Below are positions 11,839 to 23,561 of a stretch of DNA of 64,000 nucleotides, piece by piece (position 1 is the stretch's first letter; the number at the start of each line of letters is the position of its first letter). This stretch comes from Takakia lepidozioides. Taxonomy: Eukaryota; Plantae; Bryophyta. The DNA lies in assembly GCA_030704615.1 (NCBI GenBank), contig CM060732.1, forward strand, positions 15,996,001-16,060,000, in the 5' to 3' direction. Under the pieces are notes generated by a model. The model did no database searches and had not been told where the DNA came from. It saw only the letters and a program-made list of their open reading frames with translations. A program made the position numbers and the translations under genes.

Positions 11839-14408
11839 ATGGCGGAGGAGGAAGACAGAGGAGGTCATCCCAGGGATGACGATAATGAACCTGGATCTCC
11901 AAAAAAAAAACCAAAAGGGGCCAGGCGCGAATTTCGTTGGGACATATACAATGACCCCAACATTCTTGCGGAACCAGGTTGGAAAGATTGGAAGTTGAGG
12001 CAGCGGTGGTCGCTTGGTGACTGCAAGAAATTTGTGGACTGGTGTCACATAAATCGTTTGTGGCCCAGAGATAGGCATGATCCACAAACCAAACAAAATC
12101 AAGCTAGCTTGCATTCTTGCGCCAACCCGCATTTCCACCACAGGGCAGAGGAGGTACATACAACATTGTGGGGTCAACCGCTCGTCAACAACAAGGTCCC
12201 GTATTTATTTGCGGTCATGTTGTACACAGAGTTGATTTTATTGCGACCGGTGGATTGGCAAACTGCCACTGCGAGACAGCGTACTAGACTATACATGTTC
12301 TCTGATATCCCAGACTTATATATACGTCAGGGGCAGGACATCATACGGTTTGATAGAAACGACGAGGTGGAAAAAGAAGGAAAGGCGGATGGAAACGACG
12401 ATGTGGAAGAAAGAGGAAATGCATACCCAACCTCCAGATTATACGCCGCAACAGGTCTCCGCAGCCGGGCCTTCAACGTCTGAGGTGGAGGAGGGCGAGG
12501 TACGCTCTCCGTTGGAGGAACAGTTGGCCGTACATGAACAGCACATCAAAGACCTGCAGGACATTGTTCATTTGCAACGGTGACAACTAGCGAAGTTGTT
12601 GGAAAGAATGGGGTTGGGGACTCTCGACAGCGTACGCGGTGTGCTTCAGGACCCGAGGCCAATCACCAACGAGCAAGACATATTGGCGCGTTTGAATATG
12701 TCACCAATGGACATTGACCGCGTCATCGACGGGGTTGACTCAATCGGGCATGGGAATGAAGTGCAAACGTCTGAACTGGACTCGGCGAGGGTTGAGGAAG
12801 AAACACTTGCAGCGGAGAGGGCAAGAAAATGGAAGGACCCCATAGTGGAAACTGGGGAATGTTCAGCCGTGCAAATTACATCGGCCCAAGAACAGGAATT
12901 AGAGCAGCTTGTGGGGGAACGCGAGCAAGCTAGGGCTGTTGCATATCGATACTCAAAATGCCATGCAAATCCGATCATGGCCATGGTTGAAGGGGAATTG
13001 GCGGAATTGGGTGACATGGGCGGGCCATCTAGCATCGCGGGAAACAAGGATAGAAGAAGCGTTGACCTCCCTCCAACGTGTAGCACGTTTGTCGAATCGA
13101 AGCGTAGATAGCATCTATGCTAATTTGCAAAGGCACGACACTGTGCGTGATGTATTCACGTCGAAGTACACTGGATTCACCACATCGGGTGATGTGCATG
13201 TCATGTTTGAGCACTGTGTGCATACAATTTCCGATACCAATAACAGCATAAATTGGGATTTGGAAGTAGAGTAGGAGTGAGATAGGATGTCGTCCTACAT
13301 TAATGAGGATAAACGGATGTGGATACCACAGAGCAATCCAGTGTCATGGGTAACAGATGGTACGGTGTGCACAATGTGCCTAAACCCTTATGGACCGGAG
13401 GGAGGCTATATGCTTGGTTCATGTGGCCATTTGTTCCATCCCACATGTCTCATATTGACAGCCATGCGAGCCAGCCAATGTCCTGACTGCCGTGGACCAA
13501 TCCATCGACGTTTCTACGAGTTGTTTGGGTTGTAAGACAATATGCCCACGGGATACGAGTACAACCGGTACAACATGCCATTGGATGTATTGCCTTACGA
13601 TTTTTTAAATTGGCAACACTGGGGGGAGACAATGACATGGGATGCTCCAAGAGAGATGCACGCCTTGGATGCGAAGACGTTAACTAGGGTTGAAGATCCA
13701 GTGACCTTTTGGGTGACATCCAACTGGGAAATAATTGTGCGTGCTAGAGGCATACGAGACCCAGTCCAAAGGGAGCTTTTTTGCCGGAACTTGGGAGGGC
13801 ATTGGAGCTGTACCAGACAAAGATTCTTCCGACTGCTTGAGGATCCGTGGGTGCCAGCGGAAAATGACCCATACAATCGCGAACCGATTGGGAGAGACCT
13901 ATTTCTGAGGGAGTTGGAGGCCGCTAGCATCCGTTGGGAGGATATGAATGAGACGTACTGGGTGCCTCGTTGGGATGATGGGCCATTTCTTCCAGAGTTG
14001 CGCAGAGACCCCCAGCAGGAGGAGGTGTTGGATAATTTCAAGGCTATCATCACGAGTGTTCTAAACACATGGCAGAACACATGGCGTGACCAAGTTGCCC
14101 CTATTCCAGGGGTGTTCTTGCCACTTCCAAACATATCGGATTTAATTGAAAAATTGCATGCCGCCGTAGCAAGAGCGACACACCCGGCTCTGGCAAATGT
14201 GGAAGAGAGTCAGCACTCGCCTAGAACGCTACGCATGATGGGAAGGGTGGACCATACAACACTAGGTCCCTCTTTGACCACTCGAGCCCAGGCTCGAGCT
14301 CTCCGTACTGGTGGAGGCACGTCCTCTACACCCGGAGCATCTTCAACAACATCTGGAGATGATGACAAAGAAGTAATAAATCTAGATGAAGATGACTATA
14401 AATGCTAG
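11839..14408 (+). pseudogene. ~850-aa TE-associated protein: unknown N-domain, coiled coil, RING-H2 finger; disrupted
   Basis: Consecutive ORF pieces joined by 2 frameshifts and in-frame stops. RING-H2 CTMC..CGHLFHPTC..CPDC at ~13368-13490. No introns evident. Confidence 0.75.
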
Positions 14409-14479
14409 GAACGTAGGGAGTAGGCCAAAGGTCTTAGGTTGCGAAAACTTAAATGTACAACCACTGTATACTCTACGTA

Positions 14480-17460
14480 ATTTTTGGAAATACGAGGTTC
14501 ATCCTTTGAACCATTTTTGAACGACCTCATACTTGTTCGGTATTTGTTTGACGACATGTACAATATACTGGCAAAGTTTCAAAACAATCAGAAATTGCTG
14601 AATGAAGATACCATTGGTTCACCCATTGCAATATTTTAAATCGAACTCATACTTGTCCGGTACCTTTAAGAGGGCATGTACAATGCAATAGCAAAGTTTG
14701 AAAGCATTCAGAAATCGGCACATCAAGTAACCATTGGTTCCTCCTGTGAACCATTTTTTATTGATCTCATACTTGTCCGGTCCATATAAGAGGCATGTAG
14801 AACATACTTGGAAAATTTCAAATCATTCAATTTTTTTTTTATCAATGAACCTTTGGTTTATCCTTTTCAACACTAACGATTAATCACAAACAAATGAACA
14901 GACGCATAAATCATTTGCCTCCAAATGATTTTGGTTCGCTTTGAGACTTGGCCAGTATCTTCAATGTACCATGGAAGAGGCCCCAGGGTAATATGAGATC
15001 AATCGAAATTCGTTCAATGGACCAACAGATGGTTGCCCATCCAAATGATTTTTTTTTGCTTTGAGACTTGGCCAGTGTGTTCAATGTACCCTCTGATAGG
15101 TCCCAGTGTAATATGAGATCAATCGAAATTCGTTCGATGGGCCAATGAGGCGTTCAGTTGTCATCTGGTTTTTGTTCATTGCGAAAAAGAAATCCTGCAA
15201 TGCGTGCACGGCTATTGCACCCATTGAACGGATGTGGTTGCCCACATATGCTTGAAAATGTGTACAATACATGTGCGGAGACACAACAGACGAATAAATC
15301 ATTTGCCTCCCCATCGACACCAAGCCATTCCATAATGTAATTGAATTTAAATTAATTTTAAGCCAATAAATAGGTTTGCACTCCCTTTCATTGGGGGTTT
15401 CTGGCACGTATCGATTTTGTTTTTGGCTCAATTTTGTTCTGCGGCTTCCAGCATCCCACCACTACTCCCCCCCCAATATTTGGACCAATAAAAAATGCCC
15501 CCCAAAAATAAGTGTTATCTTTGTTCACTATTGCAGAACTCTCTATAAAGAGTGCATGAAGTTGAACACAAATCAAGTTTGGAGTGCAAAACAAGGAAGA
15601 AACTGTGGTTTTGGGTCCAAATGAATTATGTTCGCTCCCAAATTTGGCACGCATGTTGCATATGGCTACATTACACGCCCTATTCAAAAACAGAATGAAA
15701 AAAAAAATCGCGAGCACGCGAAACACAGTCCAACAGGTCCCAAAGCAATAGCAGATCCAGCGGAATACATTCAACGGGTGAACGGATGGTTGCCCATCCA
15801 AATCATTTTTGTTTGCTTCCAAACTTTGCTAGTACATTTGAGACACCCTCTCACAGGTCCCGGACTAATATCAGATCAATCGAAATTCATTCAATGGCTC
15901 AACGGATGGTTGGCCATCGAGATGATTTTGGTTCGCTTTGAGACTCGGCCAATATGTTCAATGTGCCATGGAAGAGGCCCCAGAGTAATATGAGATCAAT
16001 CAAAATTTGTTCAATGGGCCGACGGATGGTTGCCCATCCAAATAATTTTCGTTCGCTTTGAGACTTGGCCAGTGTGTTCAATGTACCATCTGATAGGTCC
16101 CAATGTAATATGAGATCAATCGTTAATGATTAATCATGATTCATCCAACAGGGGAACTGTTGGTTCACCATTTGAACCATTTAACATTGACATCATACTT
16201 GTCCAGTAACTTTAAGAGGGCATGTACAAGACACTCGCAAAGTTTCAAATGAATCCAAAATCATTTGGCAGGGGAATGATTGGTTCACCCATAGCCAATT
16301 TTAGGGGCTGAAATTGCCATTTATGGGGCTCGAATTGCCAATTGCAGGGGTTGGACTTGCAATTTGAGAGGCTGAAACTGCCATTTCAGGGGCTGCACTA
16401 GCAATTGCCATTTCACAGGCTACAGTTGCAATTTGAGGGGCGGGAATTGTCATTTCAGGGGCTAGAAGTGCAATTTGAGGGGTTGGAATTGACAATTTCA
16501 ATGGCTCAAATTACAATTTGAGGGGCGGCCGGGGTTGGTCATTTTAGAGACTGACATTACCAATTTTAAGGGCTTGAATTGCATTTTGAATTGTAATCCA
16601 AGGGTTACAATGGGCCATTGGGGGGCTAGAATTACCAAAGCAATGACATCCAAAGCAATATAAAATCATTTGATAGCGGAATGATTGGTTCACCCTTTCA
16701 ACCATTTTTTATTCACGTCATACTTGTCCGGTACTTGTAGGAGGGCATGTGGCTGACACTTGCAAAACTTCAAAGCAATGTAAAATCATTTGATAGGGGA
16801 ACAAGTGGTTCACCATTTCAACCATATTTTACTAACTTCATACTTGTCCGGTACCTTTAAAATGGCATGTGAAAGACACTTGCAAAGTCTTAAAGCACTC
16901 CAAAATCATTTGATATGTTCATGATTGATTCACCCTTTTAACCATTTTAGATTGATTTGAAACTCGACCTGTAAGAGGGCATGTACAAGACACTTGCAAA
17001 GTTTCAAATCAACTTAAAATCATTTGGTAGGGGGACGATTGGTTCACCCTTTAAACCATTTTAGATTGATGTCATACTTCTCAAAGACGTGTAAGAGGGC
17101 ATGTAGAGACACTTGCAAAGTTTCAGAGCAATAAAATATCATTTCATCGGGGAAGTTTCCGTTCATCCTTTCATCCAATTTTGAATGGAACTGGATTTTT
17201 ACTAAATAAAATGATTTAGAGGGCATAGGATTGTGGGGCGCAATGATTTTGTTTTTGGCTTGATTTTGTTATGTGAGTTGAACCCTCACACCACCACATC
17301 CTTGCCAAAAAATGTACCAAAGAAAAATGTTTGGAAAAAAACGTTCATCCTTTGCTCTATGCTCACTATTGCAGAACTCTCTATGAAGAGTGCATGAAGT
17401 TGAAGATAACTTCACCTTGGAGTGCAAATGGAATGATTGGTTCACCCATTGACCCGTTGT
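14480..17460. repeat. Degenerate ~120-bp tandem repeat region with an internal inverted block (~14880-16125)
   Basis: Unit CATACTTGTCCGGTAC..GGGCATGT..GCAAAGTTT..TGGTTCACC at 14500-14870 and 16130-17200. Its reverse complement fills 14880-16125. Same family as 59130-61600. Confidence 0.85.
16295..16640. repeat. 20-21-bp minisatellite (CAATTTGAGGGGCTGAAATTG-like)
   Basis: About 15 degenerate tandem units. Confidence 0.8.
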
Positions 17461-17545
17461 ACACTATCACTCTTCAAGATTCGTGGGTGTGGTGCTTGAT
17501 TATCCCATATGATGGACCCAGGTGCCATGGCCAAGTAACAAACCA

Positions 17546-19135
17546 TTAAAACATTATGGTACGAGACAAACACAATTGAAAACAACATTTATTCAAACAT
17601 GATGTATAGTCAGAGGTCGACAAGTTTCTATCCATCCTCCAGCAATTTTTGGGGTTTTTGGGCTCAGGCCAATTGAATAGCCCCGTCATGAAACGCTTCA
17701 CAACATTTTCTAGTTTGTACCGCAATTCTACTGTGTCTACACACAAGTTTTCTAGAGCGGAAGCAAAACATGTTCCAGTAGACATATCGTTGAACATACT
17801 TGCATTGAACGTGTTATCCCCATTTATTGCCTGGGCTATCTTCCCAATTGCAAAGGTCTCTGATGGTACGGTTAGAGGGGGCCTACGAGGTGTACCATCT
17901 GACTGGTTGTTGGCTACATTATGAACAATTGCAATTTCAGGTGCAATCCACCATCTATGTGTGAGAGTCTTTATCATCTTGTCTCTGCTCTCGAAAATGT
18001 ACAACGTGGTTTTTGGATCATCCGTCGTGGAGGCCATCCCCCAATCGCATACCCCGATGTACACATCTTCAGACCCTTATGGAAAATGCAACAAGATGTT
18101 GTCGGGGGACATGTCGTTGTGCAAGAGGTGGTGATTATGGACGTTGAGCATGATGTGCAAAAGCGCCCATGCCAATTGGATGCGATTCTGTCGGAATCGA
18201 ACCAGTCGGTTGACCTCCTGCATTTCCTGCTTCGTCCCCCGTCGTTCCATTAACTCCCTGTTATCCCGATCATTCCCCCATTTCCTGTCAATACTCAACC
18301 ACGATCATATGGTCTCCCCATTCCACCAATGTGTGTAACCTTCATTTCGACGTGGATGCAACGCAAAATACTTTATGATGCCGAAATGATGGAACTTTAC
18401 AGCCAACGCCTCATTGTTATGTTGGACTTTGGCAAGCTCAACATTTGTTTCCCTGGGCGTTTTCCCTGCTAGCTCCCAAGATGGAGAAATGAATTGATCC
18501 CCAACAATTCTAACCCTCCGAATTGTACCATACCCTCCCTGTTTGGACGCGTCGAGTTGTTGTACCTGTGCGTTTGTGGATATGTATCTTACGTTCAATG
18601 CCGCATCCGCGGACGAGGACCCTGCCTTCCATGGGAGTGGTTTTGTACGTCGTTTGGCGTGGGCCTTTGCCATGTCAGACCACCAATCCACAAGCACAAA
18701 CAACTCCTCCTCCGAAGTTGGCATGCGACCTTCAGCTATAGGTGTTCTCGTAACAAACTTGTCCATGGTTTGCCTCAGATTCCATGTGGCATCATAGGCC
18801 CGGTCCTCCATCCATTTCGTGAACTGGAACTTCGCCTTGTCCTCCTCCCATTCATCCCCGGCCAAAGCCTCCCTCATTCTCATCTCCATATTGTGCTGAA
18901 ATCTAAGGAACCCCTCATTCCCATGTCGGACATACAAAAGATTCAAACGCATTATGTCATTGTTCTTCAAATAATCCAGCACTACTTGCTTCACCACTTT
19001 CGCGGCCTCTGCGCTTGGATAGTCTTTTTTGTTGACCTGACTATCCCGTTCATGTGCATGTTTACGCTTCCTACCTTTACGCCCACTTCCCGAGGAACCC
19101 CCTGACACTGCGTTCGAAGCAACATTTCCGGACAT
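17546..19135 (-). pseudogene. ~530-aa intronless protein kinase with two premature stops
   Basis: Three ORFs in one frame: QGGYGTI (Gly loop), LAGK, HNDMSPDNILL (catalytic loop), CDWG (DFG equivalent), WIAPE. Basic NLS-like RKGRKRK near the N-terminus. Confidence 0.88.
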
Positions 19136-19441
19136 GATGAAAGTACTCTGCGGAATAGACGCGGCTTCGTAACGGAAAACTAAACCCAGACTATTGATAA
19201 CCTTATACCAATTTCCTCACCCTCTATTGGTATAGTACCCAAAACAAACTCTCCCACAGTCCCACGAAAAAAAGGCAAAAACTCCTGCCCCACACAAATC
19301 CACTTTCTCCCCCCCTCACGCTCAGTCCTGGCCACCGAAGTTCAAACTCCAAGAAGCCCCAGAACCGCACTCACAGAGAGGGAAAAAAATGGGTTGGGAA
19401 TGAGGGGTAGGCCCTTATATACTGCCTGGAGAGGCCTGACA

Positions 19442-19901
19442 TGCGACCGCCTCTGCTGCCCATTCACGCTTCGCCACGTGTCCAGGGAGCAGTCGCACCT
19501 AATAACAAAAAAGAAAATGTGCGACCCCCCATAAGCGGTCGCACCTAATAACCAAAAAAAAAAGTCTGCGACCACCACCGGCTGGTGGTCGCACCCATTT
19601 AAAAAAAAATTAAAAATGTGCGACCATCCTCTGCTGGTGGTCGCACCTATTTTTTTAAAAAGAAAAAATTGCGACCAACACCTGCTGGTGGTCGCACCCA
19701 ATTTAAAAAAAAGAAAAAATGTGCGACCACCCTCTGCTTGTGGTCGCACCTATTAAAAAAAATGAAAATGCTGCGACCACCACCTGGTGGTGGTCGCACC
19801 CATTTAAAAAATAAGAAAAAATGTGCGACCACCCCCTTTTGGTGGTCGCACCTATTTAAAAAAAATAAAAATTTGTCCGACCAACCTTTGCTGACGGTCG
19901 C
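19442..19901. repeat. Array of TGCGACCACC..GGTGGTCGCA palindromes (right)
   Basis: About 8 units of the same family as 10494-11410. Minus-strand TATATAA at 19415-19421 points toward the kinase. Confidence 0.92.
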
Positions 19902-20056
19902 ATGATTGACAATATAAATCATAATATATGAATTTTACAGATAATTAATGAAGTCCACGTAATGAGGCCACATCGGTTGCCACGTCGGTTCTCATAGTAA
20001 ATAGTCAATAGTAAAGTAAAAAAATAAACATATTTATGTACAGTAACATCGGTTTA

Positions 20057-20146
20057 GGACGTGACGTGACGTGACGCACGTCCGTCGCTGATGTCAGACG
20101 TGACGCTGACGCGTCAACGCCACGTCACGTCCAAATTTGCAACTAG
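20057..20146. repeat. ACGTG-rich imperfect hairpin ending GCAACTAG
   Basis: GGACGTGACGTG ... CACGTCACGTCC with multiple TGACG/ACGT cores. Confidence 0.7.
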
Positions 20147-20586
20147 GAATGCAAGTGCTACACCTTCAAGAAATTGGCTAAAGATATTCAGCTCTGATTT
20201 TGAAATGTAATTGAGATAGGAGCAAAAAAAATTAATATCATGTTCACAAATCACATTGTGGTCATTGATGAACAGGAGACCTCCCGTGCACTACGTAATA
20301 TGGAACCGCTGGGACGCAGGGGATTCCGGCGCCCTAGAAGGCTCCCTGATGTATGGCCGAGGTCGGGAGGCTGAGATGACCTTCGAGGGAAGTCCGACAG
20401 GCGGGAATCCCAGCGGCCCACTAGTTCCACTGCGTACTCAATTTCAGCCGCAGGATGAAGCAGTTAACACATTATCAACTTAATATCGTCCAGGCCATAC
20501 AAATCCTAGTAGTACTGACAAACTCTAGAAATGCACTCAAAAATTATGTCTAGGAATCCCCGACTAGCATACAAAGGAAACCACAC

Positions 20587-20850
20587 CTGAAATGCATTTC
20601 CTAGCATGTACATTGCATCTCCGAAATGTTGAATCTCGAGGAGAAGAAAAAAGTCTATGTTTTGTGGACATTATTACACCACAGGAGATCTCCCGTTCTC
20701 GTCTGTCCAACACCCTGAAATGCATTTCCTAACAGATATGTACATTGCATCTCCGACGTGTTGAATCTGGAGGAGAAGAAAAAATCATATGTTATGTGGA
20801 CATTATTACACCACGGGAGATCTTCCGTTCTCATCTGTCAAACATCTAAA
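20587..20850. repeat. ~130-bp direct repeat, two copies
   Basis: CTGAAATGCATTTCCT..GGACATTATTACACCAC..CGTTCTC at ~20587 and ~20716. Confidence 0.85.
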
Positions 20851-20949
20851 TGGCATTCTGGTAGAGATATACTTTGCGTTTTCGAAAGGTTGAAAGTGGA
20901 GTAGTCGAAAAATCATCAGTTTGCTCGTTCGCAGCGTACTAGACTACTA

Positions 20950-22745
20950 CTAGACATGTTCATTCTCTTTGTCTGCATCGTTCGCAGCGTACAGATTTTC
21001 TTTCGCTTTTTGTGCCTCCATCTTTCCAATACGTTTGCAGCTTGACCTGGAGGTATTATTACAATGACACATTGTCCACAAAACGTTGTTTGTGTGAATC
21101 CAGGTTGGTGGATCACACGGGTTGAACTCCCAAACTTTACTCCAACAATTTATATATCTCTCCACATCATCGGTTGTACTACCTTTAGGTCTCTACCACT
21201 CCACATGGACTTTGCGATACTGAGGACTGGACTTGTCCCGAATGACCTCTGAAATTGCCACACCCATCCAGACTGGATATGTCTCAATGTCTGTTGGCCG
21301 AACAAGAACGAAATTTCCAACCTCAACGTCCTTGAAGGGGTTCATTGGCTCTTTAGGCTTTTGGCTCCTTGGTCCACAATAGGGATCCATCTAATTCACA
21401 TCCTCCTCCTCTTCCACCTCTTCATCATTTTCAACCCTAATCCCATCTCTTTCATGATTTTCCTTCCAACAGGTCGAAGGCCAGAAACCCTTCTTGAAGC
21501 TTGTCATTGGGAGATGACAAAGGTTTGTCAAGTTCCACTAGAATATCCTTCTAGTATTCATCAAAGTTCTTCATGATGACTCCATAGTTGTTGTCCAGCT
21601 CCATACCACGTTTCCAAAATTCACGATACTTAGATATACCATTCACAATATGGACATTTTTCTCACGAGACTCCCCTTCACTCTTACCTTCCCAAATAGG
21701 CTTAAGCGGAACAGGGTCTGGGTCCCCCTTTGGGAGAAGGGAAGACCTTCGTCCTCCGCCACCTTCCACATTTTCACAACACCCTCTTTTGGAAGCCAGT
21801 CAGCGTCGGTACCCGATTTCTTGTATTTCATCACTGGCCATCCCTCACCATCAACATAAAATAAAAAAAATATGTATGTCTATCTGCCCGATCAACCTGT
21901 CGTTCCCGTCAATTATGTACCCGTCCACATACTTCTTGAAATCTGGAACCTCTTGTATCAACTGAGGAATGAATGAGAGCTTTTGAGACTCCATAAACAG
22001 GCGCATGAGATCCGCCATGATATAGGTATTATTCTATTTCAGCTTCATCGAGAGATAACTAAAGTATGCATCAATGTCCTCGTGCGTATGACCTACCATC
22101 AAGAATCCAAGCTAGATCTCTTAAAAAACCCCTCTCGATGTTAGAAGCGATAGAAATGCCAGCATCCATCGATTCTTGTTGTCCTTTACGCAGTTGTCCA
22201 TTTGTAGATAGAGTCAACGTGGTGGTGGCTTTGGTCCATCTTGCCCTTCAACGTAAAGGGCTTGAGAGCTCTTTCACACCTCGATTTTCCCCTCACGAGT
22301 TAAAAAAAAAGAGTTTTGCATCGGTGAATAAAAAAAAAATCTTGTTTCACGGCAAGGTGCTTTCTCAAGTTGTCGAAGACAACGAGCCAACGAGCTGATC
22401 GTAAAGTTGGGATCATTCGACCAGAATTCGTTGGAGAACTGAGCATAGGCACCATCACCATGTCCGTGGGTCACCATGCATGTCAGTGATATCTTTAGCT
22501 GCCCTAGACCAGATATCATCTTGTTTGTTACCTATAACCTTGGCAACGCAGTATTTGAATGGTCCATCTTATCGTGAATAAGACAAAGAAATTTTGACCC
22601 CATCATCGTTGACTCATTCCTCCAACTGTGATAGAGCCTTCGACTCTACTCTTGATGCTTCAGGTGTCTCTCCAGTTTTTTCTTATGTTTTTTCTGCTCG
22701 GAGTTCGGTTGACTGATTTGTGGATTAAGTCTTTAAAAGGGCAGC
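20950..22745 (-). pseudogene. Sola1-like (DUF7869-type) DDD transposase, 5'-truncated
   Basis: Minus strand: CLIHDKMD (~22585), YLQMDNCVKDNKNRW (~22210), MVGHTHEDIDAYFS (~22100). C-terminal beta-barrel-like VEVGNFVLVRP..VWMG..VHVEW. Confidence 0.7.
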
Positions 22746-23104
22746 AAAGTCCTGAGCAGAACCTGTGAGCAGATTCCTTTATGCGTGAGCAGATTCCTGA
22801 AGAGTGAGCAGATTGAAAGCGTGAGCAGATTTCTGATGCGGACCCCAAAATCGAGGGAACAAGTGGGCCTATTGCCGTGGACGCAAACTTCACTGCAACG
22901 ACGCAATCTCCGCTCCATCGGACTGAAGACAGACATGCCCCATGACGACAATGTGGCACGAATGCACGATGAAACATTCACGGATGAATGTATTTGGGAT
23001 GGACGTAAAAGGGAATGGATGAACGTTGGATGAAGCACGAATGAAAAGTTGTCCAGATGAGGGGACTATGGACTACTGTATGAACATGTCTCGTTTGGGA
23101 TCAG

Positions 23105-23300
23105 CAAGCGCAGGGAACATGCATTAAGGTGTCGTCAACAACAGCTTAAATCGCATGCTCAGCATGACAAATGAACCCATGAAAATCTCCCCAGAAAAAA
23201 AAATCTCCCCTAGAATAAACCATAGTGGGGAGTTTAATCCTGTTCAGGGACGCAGGAATAAGATGTCGTCAACGACATCTTAATCCCCTGCCCTGTTGGG
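23105..23300. repeat. Two related palindromes TAAGATGTCGTCAACGACATCTTA
   Basis: Near-perfect hairpin at ~23245-23295 and a degenerate copy at ~23110-23160. Confidence 0.7.
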
Positions 23301-23561
23301 ACATGAGAATTTCACCAAACACGAGAATTTTTTAAAGAAAAATTAAAAATTAAAAAAAAAACCCCCAAAAATGGAGAAAATATAGGGTTTAATTGAACAA
23401 AGTGGATCCATAAAGAGTGACTGGTCTCATTTCCAATAGTGGATCAATTAAAAAACATTGGTGAACTCGCGATAGTGGAGCCATTTCGAAATATCAAAGT
23501 AATTCAGCAAAGTGAAGTCATTGACAGATATAGAACTTCGAGAGAACACCTCAGATGTCAA

